Shown: in pieces, positions 48,500 to 62,619 of the stretch | Layout of the letters: every line of letters starts with the position of its first letter | Numbering within the stretch: the stretch's first letter is position 1 | Source of the DNA: Mustelus asterias | Taxonomy: Eukaryota | NCBI RefSeq assembly: GCF_964213995.1 | Contig: NW_027590443.1 | Location: forward strand, 1-64,000 | DNA: 64,000 nt | Direction of reading: 5' to 3' | The notes under the pieces: generated by a model | The model's database searches: none | Seen by the model: the letters and a program-made list of their open reading frames with translations, nothing else | Told to the model about the DNA's origin: nothing | Position numbers and translations under genes: made by a program

Positions 48500-50482
48500 G
48501 GGACCCTGGATGACTCGGGATATTGAGGCCCTGGTCAAGAAGAAAGAGACACATGACATGAATAGGCAGCTGGGATCAAGTGAATCACTTGAAGAGTATA
48601 GGGGGTGTAGGAGTAGAGTTAAGAGAGAAATCAGGAGGGCAAAAAGGGGACACGAAATTATTTTGCAGATAAGGCAAAGGAGAATCCAAAGAGCTTCTAC
48701 AAATACATAAAGGGAAAAAGAGTAACAAGGGAGAGAGTAGCGCCTCTTAAGGATCAACAAGGTAATGTGCGGATCCACAAGAGATGGGTGAGATCCTAAA
48801 TGAATATTTCTCATCAGTATTTACTGTTGAGAAAAGCATGGATGTTAGGGAACTTGGGGAATTAAATATTGATGTTGAGGAGTGTACATATTACAGAGAA
48901 GGTGGTGCTGGAAGTCTTAAAGTGCATCAAGGTAGATAAATCCCCGGGACCTGATGTAGTGTATCCCAGGACGTTGTGGGAGGCTAGGGAGGAAATTGCT
49001 GGTCCTCTAGCAGAGATATTTGAATCATCAATGGTCACGGGTGAGATGCCTGAAGATTGAAGAGTGGCAAATGTTCTGCCTTTGTTTAAAAAGGGCTGCA
49101 GGGAAAAGCCTGGGAACTACAGGCCGGTGAGCCTCACATCTGTGGTGGGTAAATTGTTGGAAGGTATTTTGAGAGACAGGATCTACAGGCATTTGGAGAT
49201 GCAAGGACTGATTAGAGACAGTCAGCATGGCTTTGAGAGTGGAAAATCATGTCTCACAAATTTGAGTTTTTTGAAGGGGTAACCAAGAAGGTAGATGAGG
49301 GCAGTGCAGTTGATGTTGTCTACATGGACTTTAGCAAGACCTTCGACAAGGTACCGCATGGTAGGTTGTTGCATAAAGTTAAATCTTACGGGATCCAGGG
49401 TGAGGTATCTAAATGGATACAAAATTGGCTTAGAGGGCGGTTGTCGAGAGTTGTTTTTCAAACTGGAGGCCTGTGACCAGCAGTCCGCCTCAGGGATCAG
49501 TGCTGGGCCCACTGTTATTTGTCATTTATATTAATGATTTGGATGAGAATATAGGGGGCATGGTTAGTAAGTTTGTAGATGACAACAAGATTGGTAGCAT
49601 AGTGGACAGTGAGGAAGGTTATCTCCAATTGCAGCGGGATCTTGATCAATTGGGCCAGTGGGCTGACGAATGGCAGATGGAGTTTAATTTAGACAAATGC
49701 GAGGTAATGCATTTTGGTAGACTGAACCAGGGCAGGACTTACTCAGTTAATGGTAGGGCATTGGGGAGAGTTACAGAACAAAGAGATCTAGGGGTACAGG
49801 TTCATAGCTCCTTGAAAGTGGAGTCACAGGTGGACAGAGTGGTGAAGGCGGCATTCGGCATGCTTGGTTTCATCGGTCAGAACATTGAATACAGGAGTTG
49901 GGACGTCTTGTTAAAGTTGTACAAGACATTGGTAAGGCCACACTTGGAATACTGTGTGCAATTCTGGTCACCCTATTATAGAAAGGATATCATTAAACTA
50001 GAAAGAGTGCAGAAAAGATTTACTAGGATGCTACCGGGACTTGATGAATTGAGTTATAAGGAGAGGCTGAATAGACTGGGACTTTTTTCTCTGGAGCGTA
50101 GGAGGCTGAGGGGTGACCTCAGAGGTCTATAAAATAATGAGGGGCATAGATCAGCTAGATAGTCAATATCTTTTCCCAAAGGTAGGGGAGTCTAAAACTA
50201 GAGGGCATAGGTTTAAGGTGAGAGGGGAGATATATGCCCCCCCCCCCCCCCCAGAGGGGCAATTATTTCACACGGAGGGTGGTGAGTGTCTGGAACAAGC
50301 TGCCAGAGATAGTAGAGGGGGTACAATTTTATCTTTTAAAAAGCATTTAGATAGTTACATGGGTACGATGGGTATAGAGGGAATGCGGGCAATTGGGATT
50401 AGCTTAGGGATTTCAAACAAAAAAGGGCGGCATGGACAAGTTGGGCTGAAGGGCCTGCTTCCATGCTGTAAACCTCTATGAC
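48500..50482 (+). mobile_element. 5'-truncated CR1 LINE, same subfamily as 9838-11722
   Basis: Near-identical peptides (ANVLPLFKKGCREKPGNYRPVSLTS; GFIGQNIEYRSWDVLLKLYK); several frameshifts. Confidence 0.93.
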
Positions 50483-50744
50483 CCAAAATCAAGGCTCAAA
50501 TGATGTGGGAAATAGGGATTACGACAAAGCAAAGAAAAGGATTGTGCATGTTAAATGAACTCCTCAAATGAGAACGAAGTAAGTTGAGAGGGGAGATGAA
50601 CAAGAAAATAAGACTAGTAAAGAGAATGTATGAGAACAGAATGGCAGTCAACATGGTAGATAACCCAAAAATCTTCTACCAGCATGTAAATAGTAAGCAG
50701 GTGGTAAGAGGTGGAATGGTTGTTAGGGACAAAGTGTAATATAT

Positions 50745-51026
50745 TAAAGTTTATTTATTAGTCACAAGTAAGGCTTATATTAACACTGCAATGATGTTAC
50801 TGTGAAATTCCCCTAGTCGCCACAGTCCAGCGCCTGTTCGGGTCAATGCACCTAACCAGCACGTCTTTCAGAATGTGGGAGGAAATTGGAGCACCCAGAG
50901 GAAACCCACGCAGACACGGGGAGAACGTGCAAACTCCACACAAACAGTGACCCAAGCCAGGAATCGAACCCAGGTCCCTGGTGCTGTGAAGCAGCGGCAG
51001 TGCTCACCACGTGCTACCGTGTCACC
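50745..51026 (-). mobile_element. V-SINE-type SINE with alternative tail
   Basis: Antisense A/B boxes (ggaatcgaacccagg), central domain and tail ttattagtcacaagtaaggctta...actgtgaaattcccctagtcgccaca. Confidence 0.85.
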
Positions 51027-52199
51027 CATGTTTAGAGGCACAGGGTCAGGCCAGAAAACCCAACATCTTAATTAAAATGTTTACTAAAGGGGAGTCTGGC
51101 AAAAGCTAATAGAAGTAGAGATCATGGAGGCAATGGGTAGAGTAAAAATTGAGTGGGAGGAAGTAATAGAAAACTGCCCGAAGCATCGCCAGTCTAAATT
51201 ACCTGGCCCAGGTGGCTTGCATCCTGGTTTACTTTAAGAAGATATGAGTGTGAAGAAAGTGGAAGGGTTTGTCTTAATCTTTCAATCTTACTGAGATATG
51301 GAAAGATGCCAAAGGATGAGAAAATGGCAACTACAACACCCTTATTCAAGAAAGGGTGTAACTGTATGCTAGTTTGTCTATCAGTGGTGGGTGGGATAAG
51401 GTTTTGAAATCCATAATCTGGGGGAGGAGATCTTGGAATAGAGTAAAATTTCAAAATATCAATGTACAAACAGATGAAGTAGGGGCAGGAGTAGGCCATT
51501 CAGCCCCTTATTCCTGCTCCATTCGTCAATAAGATCATGGCTGATATGATGGTGACCTCAACTCTTTTCCTGCCTGCCCATTTAACCCTTAATACTCCTG
51601 ATCAAGAATCTACTTAGTCGTAAAAATATTCAATGACCCAATATAAAAGATAACAATTTGCCAGTGATACAAGGAGTGGTAAACAATGAGGATGATATGA
51701 ATTGCCTGCAACAGGACATAGGTTAGCAGAATGGGCAGACAAGTGGCAGATTGAAATTTATACAGAGAAGTGTGGTGTGATGCATTTTGGCAGAAGGGAT
51801 AGGGAAGGGATAGGACTTAATGGCACATTCTGTGAGCAGAAAGAAGGGCCTGGCAGTACAAGTGCATTAATCTTGGAAGGTGCCACACTTGAAAGAGTAG
51901 TTAGCAAAGCATATGGGACCTTGGGCAAATGGATAGGCACAACTAAAAGTACTTAATCATCTTCTCTTCATTGGCAGTCCCTCAGGATCAAGGATGATTT
52001 GCTTCCACTCTGATTCGATGGGTGTTGAAATAGCAAACAAGTCCACTACGCAATCTGGAGATTGTGCCACTTGCAAGGCAGGTGGTGTTTGAAAAATTGG
52101 ATTTGGTGCCCTCCCTCCAATGCCTCAACTTCACCTCTGTACATTTCTGAAGTCTCTCAATGTGTCCAGTGCCGTGGTAAATGAGCTTCTTCCATTTAA

Positions 52200-52585
52200 A
52201 AAAATGTATTTATTCACAAGATGTGGCTATCACTGCCTTGGCTGAACATGTTGCCCATTCCTAACTGCCCTCAAGGAGGTGATGGTGAACCACTTTCTTG
52301 TGGCTATAGTCCACAAGGCGCAGGCACACCCAGTGCTGCTAAGGGAGCTCCAGGTTTTGACCCAGCATCAGCAAAGGAACTATGAGTCAGCATGGTGTTT
52401 GGTTTGGAGGGGTGCTGTCAGGTGGTAGTGTTTCCATGCATCTGTTGCACTTGTCCTTCGAGGTGGGAAGAGGTTACAGGTTTGGAAGGTGCTTTCGAAG
52501 TAGTCTTGGTGAGTTCCAGTAGTGCATCATGTAGATGGTACACACACTGGTGTCACTGTGGTGGTGGTGGTGGGAGTGAATGAGG
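52200..52585 (-). mobile_element. Decayed Deu-domain-like SINE fragment
   Basis: Antisense similarity to 37380-37760. Confidence 0.55.
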
Positions 52586-55500
52586 GGGGCACAGATTTAA
52601 AGCAATCAGTTGAATGATGAAAGGGGACCAAGAAAAATGGTTTCACACAGAGGATGATTCAAATGTGGACCTCGGTGCCTGAAAGGGTAGTAAAGGCAGA
52701 AACTCTCGCCCTGCATTTAAAAAAATACTTGAAATGCCATAATATATAGGGTTTATAGACCAAGAGCTAGAAAGTGGGATTAGGCAAATAGGTCTTTTTC
52801 AGCTGGAACAGACATGGGCCAAATGGTCTCTTTCTGTAAATTTCATATGCTTCTTCATTTGTATCCTCATCATTCCCAATCGTCTAAAACCATTTCAAGC
52901 TCAATCCAGCATCTATATCCAAATCACCTGTTATCTCTCCACCCTATGTCACGTACCTGCCTCATTTCTTACTTTGCACCTGCCCCATCACACCACCTTC
53001 TCACTCTCTACATCCTCCCATCCCATTCACTCCAGAGATCTCTCCTCTGCCAATCCTTTACCTTTGCCCTGTGCTTCCCCGCCAGGTTCAAAGGTTTTTG
53101 ATGTTTTACACAAAGGCTTTTATTTATTTTTTTAAATACTTAGGCAATAGCCTACAGTTTCACTGAAGAGGGAGAAGCAGCTTCAACTCTGGGAAGGCTG
53201 GTGAGTGTTGGACAAATATTTTTTTTTACTGACTACCTCGAGAAACAAACCCAAGAGATATTAATGAGTACAACAGCACCACATAGCACAGAAAATTGAA
53301 AGTCAAGTATGCATATCTTATAATTGAAAGTAATACCCAGGTATGACGAAGAAACCATAACAGGGGAATTGAGGCAAACAGGACGTGCATGCCACTCAAC
53401 CTTTTAATACATAGCTCCCTCTGTTGCTGTCTTAGTGAGTTCAAAGTTACATAAAACCAAACTTGCGGGGGGGTGCGCTCTGGTAGCACTTTCAAGTCTG
53501 GAGGGATTTTGAATGATAGCAGGGGCTCCAAGGGTGGGGAGCACTAAGAGTAGGGCGATGAAACTGGATCTTGAATCTGGAAGCCTGGCAAAGGAAGGTC
53601 CCCAATATCTGGTAGCAGTTCTGCATCAAGGATCTACAAAGTTGTGGTCATGAGGATTTCTAAGTAAAACTGTATCCCGGGACCCGAGAGAGCAAGAGGG
53701 AGAACTGAACCTGTTAACATGGTTTAGTTGTCATTCAGATCTGGTACCATTAGAGAGGCAAGATCAAGGAGCCTTAAAGGAGAATGCTGGGCGAATAGGA
53801 CTCAAATAATCTTTGATCCTTTTGAATCAAGCGTCACATTACCCAGAGCAATTATGCTGCTAAAACACTAATTGCCATTGTTGTTTCCATCATCAATGGT
53901 CCCAATCTATAGGCTATCTTAAAGCATTAATATACTTAGTGAATATGCCATCTTACAATCTTTAAATGGATTAGTAGAAAAAAGGACCATCTCAAAACAC
54001 TAGAAAAAATAGTGTCATTACTTCTGTATAAAATCTGCACTTGAATGTCAGAAAAATGGTTCAGCAAAGTTAAGTGTTTCAACTATATTTTCACCTGAAA
54101 TACAGGGTGGCTTACCATGACTAACATGTACGCAGCAAAACAGATTAAACTAGAACTGCTGCTAATCACAGCTGTGTTAATCACACTTGTCTGAATTACC
54201 AGCTAAATTAACAGTAAAAGAGCAATATTTTAAATTATGAAACTTGCCTATAATAAATGCATATTTTGGAAATGGTGAAGAAACCTAATGGTCAGAATTG
54301 TCAACTCATATCTACTGATGCATGCTAGGAAATCAGAACAAAATACCATAATCCTAAAATGACAGCTCAGAGTGCGGAGTAAATAAGGAGTGACATCACC
54401 CCTAGGCTATTGGAACTCTGGAACATTCTTCCCCCAAAAAGCTGTGATACTGGTACAATTGAACATTTTTGATATCAAGTGTATCAAGGGATATGGAGCA
54501 AAGCAGGTAAATGAATGGAGGTACAAATCAGCTGAGAGCTAATGAATGGCAAAACAGACCCAAGGAGCTGAATGGTCTCTACCTGTTCCTGTGTGAGTAT
54601 AATATTTATCTTTCGATTAGAAAACTCAATCTTTCACTTAAAAAGGTCCCCAATAACTAGATTAGGATAGACGCTGTACTGAACCAACTGAATACAGTAT
54701 TGCATAGCATGTGCACATGTAACGTAACAGTGTGCAAGCAGCTGAATAAAATGTCTGCAAGGTTGAGTTGAACAGTGACTTGTGAACATTCTCCAGCACC
54801 TCTCCACCCCCTTCAAGCTCAAAACAATTCAACCTGTATTTGAATCAAGGTCAACAGCACTCATGCTGAGGAGTCTAGTCAAAAGGTTAAAGGGTGGTCA
54901 CAGAACATAAAGCTGCTTTCTACTAAACAGATCACTACTTTTTGAAAATTCATCTTGCACGAACACTGCGGCAACACCACTTGAAGATCTTTTTGCAGCA
55001 TTGCCATGGATTCAGATGACCGTGGATTTTATAATTGAGAAAAATGAGCCTGTAAGTAAAATTCAGAATTAAGTTTTGAAGTTCTCTCAGCCTTGTAATC
55101 CAAGACTAAAATTGCAATCAGGAAAGATGCTGTTTGATGAACAAAATTTGGAATGATGGAACTGAATTCACAAGCTAATGTTATGTGCCTGAGTGGGGAA
55201 GAAGCAGGATCAAGTCCCATTCCACTTTGTCAGTCTGTAACACGTAAAAAAGGACACATCAAATGCAGAAATCTTAGGATGTGGGAGTGATAGGTGTACA
55301 GGAAGGCAAAAATCAACAATCAGTTATGATCACATCCCAATTCTTATTTGTGTAGTAAGTTGTGGAAACTCATTTCCTCAAATGCAGGCAATATGTCAGG
55401 CAAAAGAAAGGGATTTCAATGAAGTTTAAAAACTTCCAAAACACTATTCTAATGTTTGCTGTGATATGGAACTCCTATTAGCTCTGACAGATTTCTAAGT

Positions 55501-55919
55501 ACTTGAGTGATTATATTATTTGTTTCCTCGTTTGTTGGGAAAGAGATGGGAGGGCAAGAAACATTAAGCCCCAATCAGCATTTTCACTCAAACAGGAGGC
55601 TTTTTGAGGAAATACAAAATATCAAAGTGCATTTAATATCTTAATGTATTAATAAATTTTAAAGGAAAATCATGAGCAATTTGGAAATCTTGGAAACATT
55701 CAAAAAGGTTTACCGGATACCAATGCCTGATTTATATCAAATTAAAACCACAAGACTTGGAGATTGTAATTAATCTGAAACAATTACATGGAACATACAG
55801 CACAGAAACAGGCCGCTCATCCCAATTAGTCTGGCCAGGGTTATGCTCCATGATATCCTCAAATTCTATCAAATGCATTCAGCTTTCCAGTGAATCTTTC
55901 TATTCCCTTCTCACTTGTG

Positions 55920-56875
55920 AGAAGGGAGAGGGTGGTAGTGGAAGGGTCTTTTTCCAGTTGGATGCCTGTGACTAGTGGTGTTCCGCAGGGCTCTGTATTG
56001 GGACCTCTGCTGTTTGTGATTTATATAAACGATCTGGAAGAAGGTGTAACTGGGGTGATCAGTAAGTTTGCAGACGACACGAAAATGGCTGGACTTGCAG
56101 ATAGTGAGGAACATTGTCAGAGGCTACAGAAGGATATAGATAGGCTGGAAATTTGGGCAAAGAAATGGCAGATGGAGTTCAATCCAGATAAATGCGAAGT
56201 GATGCATTTTGGTAGAACTAACGTAGGGGGGAGCTATACGATAAATGGCAGAACCATAAAGGGTGCAGATACGCAGAGGGACCTGGGTGTGCAAGTCCAC
56301 AGATCCTTGAAGGTGACATCACAGGTGGAGAAGGTAGTGAAAAAGGCATATGGCATGCTTGCCTTTATAGGACGGGCATAGAGTATAAAAGTTAGGGTCT
56401 GATGTTGCAGTTGTATAGAACGTTGGTTCGGCTGCATTTGGAATACTGCGCCCAATTCTGATCGCCACACTACCAGAAGGACGTGGGGGCTTTAGAGTGC
56501 GGAGGTGGTTTACCAGGATGTTGCTTGGTATGGAAGGGCTTAGTTGTGAGGGGAGATTGGGTAAACTGGGGTTGTTCTCACTGGAAAGACGGAGGATGAG
56601 GGGAGACGTAATAGAGGTGTATAAAATTATGAAAGGCATAGATAGGGTGAACGGGCTTTTTCCCAGGTCGGTGGTGGGGGGGGGGGGCCTGGAATGCGCT
56701 GCCGGGCAAGGTGGTGGAGGCAGACACACTGGGAACGTTTAAGACTTATCTAGATAGCCACATGAACGGAGTGGGAATGGAGGGATACAAAAGAATGGTC
56801 TAGTTTAGACCAGGGAGCGGCACGGGCTTGGAGGGCCGAAGGGCCTGTTCCTGTGCTGTATTGTTCTTTGTTCTT
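55920..56875 (+). mobile_element. 5'-truncated CR1 (RT C-terminal half)
   Basis: [37 protein letters not shown]; ttctttg tail. Confidence 0.92.
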
Positions 56876-57240
56876 CCATGGGATGTGAGCATCCCTGACA
56901 GAGGCCAGCACTTGTTGCCCATCCCTAGTTGCTCGAGAAGCTGGTGGTGAGCAACATTTTTAAACGACTGCAGCCCATCTACTCTCAGCTATACAGGCAG
57001 TGCTGTAAGGGAGGGAGGGAGTGCTAGCTTCTGGACCCAACGGCAGTACGGTTCCAAATCAGGATGGTGCTAACTTAGAGGAACATGCACGTGGTGACAT
57101 TCCCACGAGTCTGCTGCCCTTGTCTTTCTAGGTGGTAGAGGATGTGGATTTGAAAGGTGCTGTCGGAAGAGGATTAACAAGTTGCTGAAGCACATTTCTA
57201 TATGGTATAGACTGCTGTTGCTGCGCACTGATGGTGGAGA
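56876..57240 (-). mobile_element. Decayed Deu-domain-like SINE fragment
   Basis: catgggatgtgagcatc...ttgttgcccatccctagttg; antisense similarity to 37380-37760. Confidence 0.55.
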
Positions 57241-58574
57241 GATTTATTCACCTTGTTTCTTTGCATCCAAGCTATTTGTCTGAAGCAGCAAATCTCTCCC
57301 TGTGGATTTACTAGCAACTATTTTGGATTTATTTATGACCTCTGGTTTTAAATTCTCCCTTAAATGGAAATATTACCTCTACATATACTATGTTCAACCC
57401 ATTCATTCATAATTTTCAATACCTCTCTTAGATCTCCTCTCTGAAGAGGAGCCCAAACTCTCTTCCAGTTTTTCCAAACAGTTGTAATCTCAGTTCTAGG
57501 TACCATCCGTGTAAATCTTTCGCTCACTTTCCTCAGTACTTCAATATCATTTTTTAGTATTTGAAGGCCAACAGTATTGCAGGGAAGGAAAATTAGAGGC
57601 AGTTTGCATCCACGACTGTACATCTTCCTAACAGCAATGGTGAAGAACCTACCATGTATGGAAAAGTAATTCTCGTGTAAAAGTCGACCCGTGATTTTTG
57701 ACTCAAAAAAATCTTAAGTTCATGCAAACGTCAACCATAGTTCTCCAAAGATCAAAGCCTAAAAATTTAATTTTCCTTTTCTGTGGATTCTGAATTTGCA
57801 CGAACCCACACAATGAGCTGTCCTAGTGTGTCCAACTCTGTCCCTTGTTGTGAGTTCCATGCTTGTATCTCCTGCAGCTGGCTCAAGGGGGCGCCTGTGT
57901 TACATTTGTTTAACTTTTCTCTGATGGTTTCTGAAAATCTTCGAAAACGAGGTTTTGTCGGAGAAGTGAAATAAGTTGCCTTCCAGAGTGGGGTGGGATG
58001 TGCAGCACACAGCGAGGAGCTAGACCACCATCCTGCTGTTTAATTAGAAAGTAGACTACACTGGAGTCAGCATTTTATCAAAAAGGTAAGAATTAGTCAG
58101 GAGTGCAATCATTCAAGGAATTTATTAAGGCATAGATCCTCTTTCAGCGAATGCAGAATGTTTTTACAATGCGTTCAATTGTCCAATCACTCGTGCCCAC
58201 AAGGTGGGGTCCACCTTAGTGCTGTTTGTTGAAAATAAGCCTACGACTTTGCCCTTAGTTGATGGATCCGCAGTCTTTTCTGGATTTCACTCAAGACTTT
58301 GTTTTGGTCTATGTGAGCCCAAATCAAGCATGCATGTCTACCCCTCAAAATTATGTCAAAGATGATTCTTAATTTTTGGCAAAGTCATCTCAAAATTGTG
58401 ACATTTACATGGGTACGCAAGCAAAGTTAAAAAAACTGCACCTGAACATGTATCTTATGTCCCGAGTATGGAAAAGGGGAATTAACTTGGACAAGCTTCA
58501 ATAAAACTCACTTTTATTCAGTACATAGGTACACTTCATATTACAGAAATGGCAGCTATTGTTTTATCTTTTTA

Positions 58575-61150
58575 GAACCATAAATAGTTAGAACACAGAA
58601 AGAGGCCATCAGCCTATCATGCTTATGAGAGTTCTCTGCAAGAACAATTCACCACCCCCACCTTTTCCCCTGTCTTGCAAACCTCCTCCCTTCAGATTAT
58701 CCAATACAATACCTTTTTTAATGTCACTAAATCTACCTCATTACACTGACTGCGAAGGCAAAGTTGTATTTATTAGTCACAAGTAGGCTTACATTAACAC
58801 TGCAATGAAGTTACTGTGAAAATCCCCTAGTGGCCACACTCCGGCGCCTGTTTGGAAACGCAGAAGGAGAATTTAGCATGGCCAATGTGCCTAACCAGCA
58901 CGTCTTTCAGACAGTGGGAGGAAACCGGAGCACCCAGAGGAAATCCATGCAGACACAGCAGTGTGATCCAAGCTGGGAATCAAACCCAGGTCCCTGGCGC
59001 TGTGAGGCAGCAGTGCTAACCACTGTCACCATGCCGTGTATTCCAGATCCTAACCACTTGCTGAGTAAATCAACTATTCCTCACGTCACCCTTTTCTTTT
59101 GCCATTAACCTTAAATGAGTGGCCTCTGGTACACCAACAGGAACAACTGCTCCCTACTTAGTCTGTCCAGACCCCTCAATTTTGAACAGCTCCATCAATC
59201 TCCTCTCAATTTTCTCTTCTTTAGGAGAACAGCTTCATTTTCTCCAATCTATTCTCCTAACTCAAGTCCCTCTCTCCCAGAACTATTATTGTAAATGCTT
59301 TCTACGCCTTCTAATGCCCCAAGTCCTTCCAAAAAAAATGTGATGTCTAGAATTGAACACAATACTCCACTTGAAGCAAAACTAATGTTTTAAGAAGGTT
59401 CACCACAACCTCCCTACTTTTGTTCTCCATGTCTCCATCTATAAAGCTCAGGGTCCCATCCAAAGTCTCTGCCTGCCTCACCATCTTCAACAGTGTGAGC
59501 ACATGTACCCAGGTCCCACTGCTCCTGCACCCACATTAGAATCATCACCCTTTATTTTATATTGTCTCTCCCCAGTCTTTCACTTCACACTTCTCTGCAT
59601 TGTCATCTGCCACACAATCCACAACCCCATCTCCATCCTTTTGACGTTTAACACTATTCTACTCACAGTTCACAATACTTCCAGTTTTGCGACATCTGCA
59701 AATTTTGAAATATGCCCTGCACATCCAAGACTAGGTCATAAATATAATCAGGAAAAGTAGTGGTCCTAATAACAATCCCAACGATACCACACTATATAAC
59801 TTCCTCCAGTCCAAAAAACAACTGTTCGGCACTACTCTACATTTCCTGTTATGCAGCCAAATTCATATCTAGACTGTCACTGTCCCTTTTACTCTATGGG
59901 CTTAATCATGCTGCCGAGCCTGTTACGTGGCACTTCATCAAAAGCCTTTTGGAAGTCCACGCAAACCACAATCTCCTCATCAACCTTCCCTGTTACCTCA
60001 TTAAAAAACAAAGTTGGTTAAACATGATCTGCCCTTTAATCTGTGCTGGATTTCTTTAATTAATCCACATTTTTCCAACTGTTCATTTTCTCCTGCATTA
60101 TTGTTCTAAAAGTTTTGTCATTACCAGGGTTAAACTGACTGGCCTACAGTTGTGAGGCTCATCCTTACACCCTTTTTTGAACACTTTTGAACACTGAATA
60201 ACTTTGCAATTTCCCCATTCTCTGACATCAACTCTGTATACAAGAAAGTTTGCAAGATTATGGCCAGTGCTTCCTTCATTTCCACCCTTGCTTCTCCTCA
60301 GTATCCTAAGGAACAGGAGTAAGCCATTCAACCCATCAAACCTGCTCTGCCATTTAGTACAATCATGGCTGATTGGACACTTCAATGCCATTTACACCCG
60401 CTATCCACATAATCCTTTATGCTGTAAAGCAGAAGTATATCAATATCTGCTTTAAACATACACAATTACGGAGCATCCACAGCCTTCTGGGGTAGTGAAT
60501 TCCAAAGATTCACAACGCAATGTGTAAAAAAATTTCTCCTCATCTCCGTCCTAAGTGGCATCCCCATTATTTTGAAATCGTGCCCCCGGTTCTAGATTTC
60601 CCAACTAAGGACAACATCTTAACTGCATCTACCCTGTCTATTCCTTTAAGAATTTTGTAGCTTTTAATCCTCGGATGTTTCCCACCCAATCCTGGTGGCT
60701 TATCAACTTTAGATACAGCCGGCCTAATATTTCCTCTTCATCAATTTTTACCTCATCCGGTGTCTGAGCTATCACCTCCTTCCCTAGAACTTTGGCAGCA
60801 TCATCTTCCTTTGACAAAGGCAGATGCGAAGTACGCATTTCGTAACTCAGCCATGCCCCCTACCTCCATGCGCAAATCCCTTTTTTGGTCCATAATCAAA
60901 CTCACTCCTCCTTTTACCCCTTTTTACTATTTATATGCTTATAGCAGTCTTTCAAGGTTCCCTTGTGTGTCGGCCAGCAGTCTCTTCTCATGCTCTCTCT
61001 ATGCTGTTCTCATTTCTTTCTTCACTTCCCATACGCAGTGTGATTCTCACTTGTATTATCAACCTAACGGGCACATACACCCTTGTTCTGCTTCATCTTA
61101 CTCTCTCTCTCATTGTTATTTGTTTATCCTGCTTTCCCCTTTCAGAAATG
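58575..61150 (-). mobile_element. Old CR1 remnant with nested SINE (58765-59036) and second CR1 3' end (about 60305-60670)
   Basis: FKKGCKDEPHNCRPVSLTLV remnant; agaacacagaaagaggccatcagcc 3' UTR motif. Confidence 0.7.
58765..59036 (-). mobile_element. V-SINE-type SINE with alternative tail
   Basis: Highly similar to 50745-51026. Confidence 0.85.
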
Positions 61151-61910
61151 CATCGCGACGTTACCCGAACTATCTTTTCTATAAAGGCAGCCACTGTTCC
61201 TCAATTCTTTAAGTATTTATCATATCCATACTTCGACCTATATTTAGTAACTAGGATGTTATTTAAAACTTATGGGACAAAATGGAGGAGCAGCATCTAC
61301 TCATCTTCCAATTGGGCACATTGCAGCCCTCGGGACTCAATGTTGAATTCAGCAGTTTTATATTGTGACCTTCCTCCTCCATCATAAACACAGTTTTTTG
61401 TTAAATATCCCATACATGTAATGCCTCAATGCAAATCCCCCCTCCCACAACAGGCCATCTGTCTTCTGTTCTTAAAGTTACTACATTTTGTTGCAATCTC
61501 TCACAGCTACACTTTAATATCTAAACACATTCTCCCCCTCTTCAGTTCTGAAGAAGAGCCAAAACGACTTGAAGTGTTAACTCCGCTTTTTCCTCTGCCA
61601 GACTTGCAGCATCCTGATTTTGTTTAGAATTTCACGTTCTTGAAGTTTTGCATCTCATCCTATTAACTAAAGAAAAATGAAGTACTTCCCTGGTGGAACA
61701 AGGAGGTACTGCTGGATAGCAGGGACAAGATGGATGAAAGCTCAGTGATTGGACAAAACGCAATAGCAAAACACAGATGGTAATTTATAAAAACTAATCA
61801 CCTAGAAGGGGAAAAAAACCAAACCTGGGAACAATTGGAAATATCTCAGCATTGGAAAACCTGTGGAGTTTGAAACTGATCAAATAGACCACCTAGATAG
61901 ACCACCTGAG

Positions 61911-62215
61911 GGCAGCATGGTGGCAGTGGTTAGCACTGCTGCCTCACAACACGAGGGGCCTGGGTTCAATTCCGGTCACTGTGTGGAGCTTGCACATTCT
62001 CCCCGTGTCTGTGTGGGTTTCCTCCAGGTACTCTGGCGTCCTCCCACAGACCAAAGATGTGTGGGTTAGGTTGATTGGCCATGCTAATTTGACCGCGTCA
62101 GGGGATTAATAAGGTATATATGTGGAGTTGCGGAAATAGGGTCTGGGTGGGATTGTGGTTGGTGCAGACTCAATGGGCCGAATGGCCTCCTTTTGCACTG
62201 TAGGGATTCTATGAG
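61911..62215 (+). mobile_element. HE1/V-SINE-type SINE with CR1-derived tail
   Basis: Highly similar to 38656-38973. Confidence 0.85.
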
Positions 62216-62619
62216 ATTTCACAGTCTTGTTCATATTGTTTGAGGGGTCTGGAAAGGAAATGGAATAAATGTCAAAGCTAAGCTTCTTATATATCATGGA
62301 AGCATCTTGATGATCTACAAGTTGAGATAAATAGCAAAGAACTAGATATCAGCAGCATACACTTGGAATTCCAATGACTGAATTATGTCAGATTCAAGAA
62401 ACAGCATGAGGAAAGAAATGGCCAAAAAAGATCTAACAGATAATCGTGAAGAAATGTTATGGGGCTTGGAGATAGACCACTTGGAGTACCTTAAGGAAAA
62501 ACAGAAGGTAGAGATGCAGTGAAAATTGAGCAGATAAATCGGCCCGAGTTTTGTGACAGGAGTCAGGGGTGGGGTAGATTATGGCACTTTAAGTGAATAT
62601 CCAAATATATAAAAATCAT

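Larger units (their letters stand above)
47940..51950 (+). mobile_element. Old CR1 ORF2 remnant interrupted by younger insertions
   Basis: gtgttctataggcctctaaatag (YRPPNS-like), tttaattatccaaatatcaactgg, then after the insertions EWADKWQIEI...CGVMHFGRRD. Confidence 0.65.

Noticed and set aside
50237-56690. C and G homopolymer runs inside CR1 copies (about 50237 and 56675; also a G run at about 9528)
   Set aside because: Simple slippage or deletion scars in dead elements; no evidence of function
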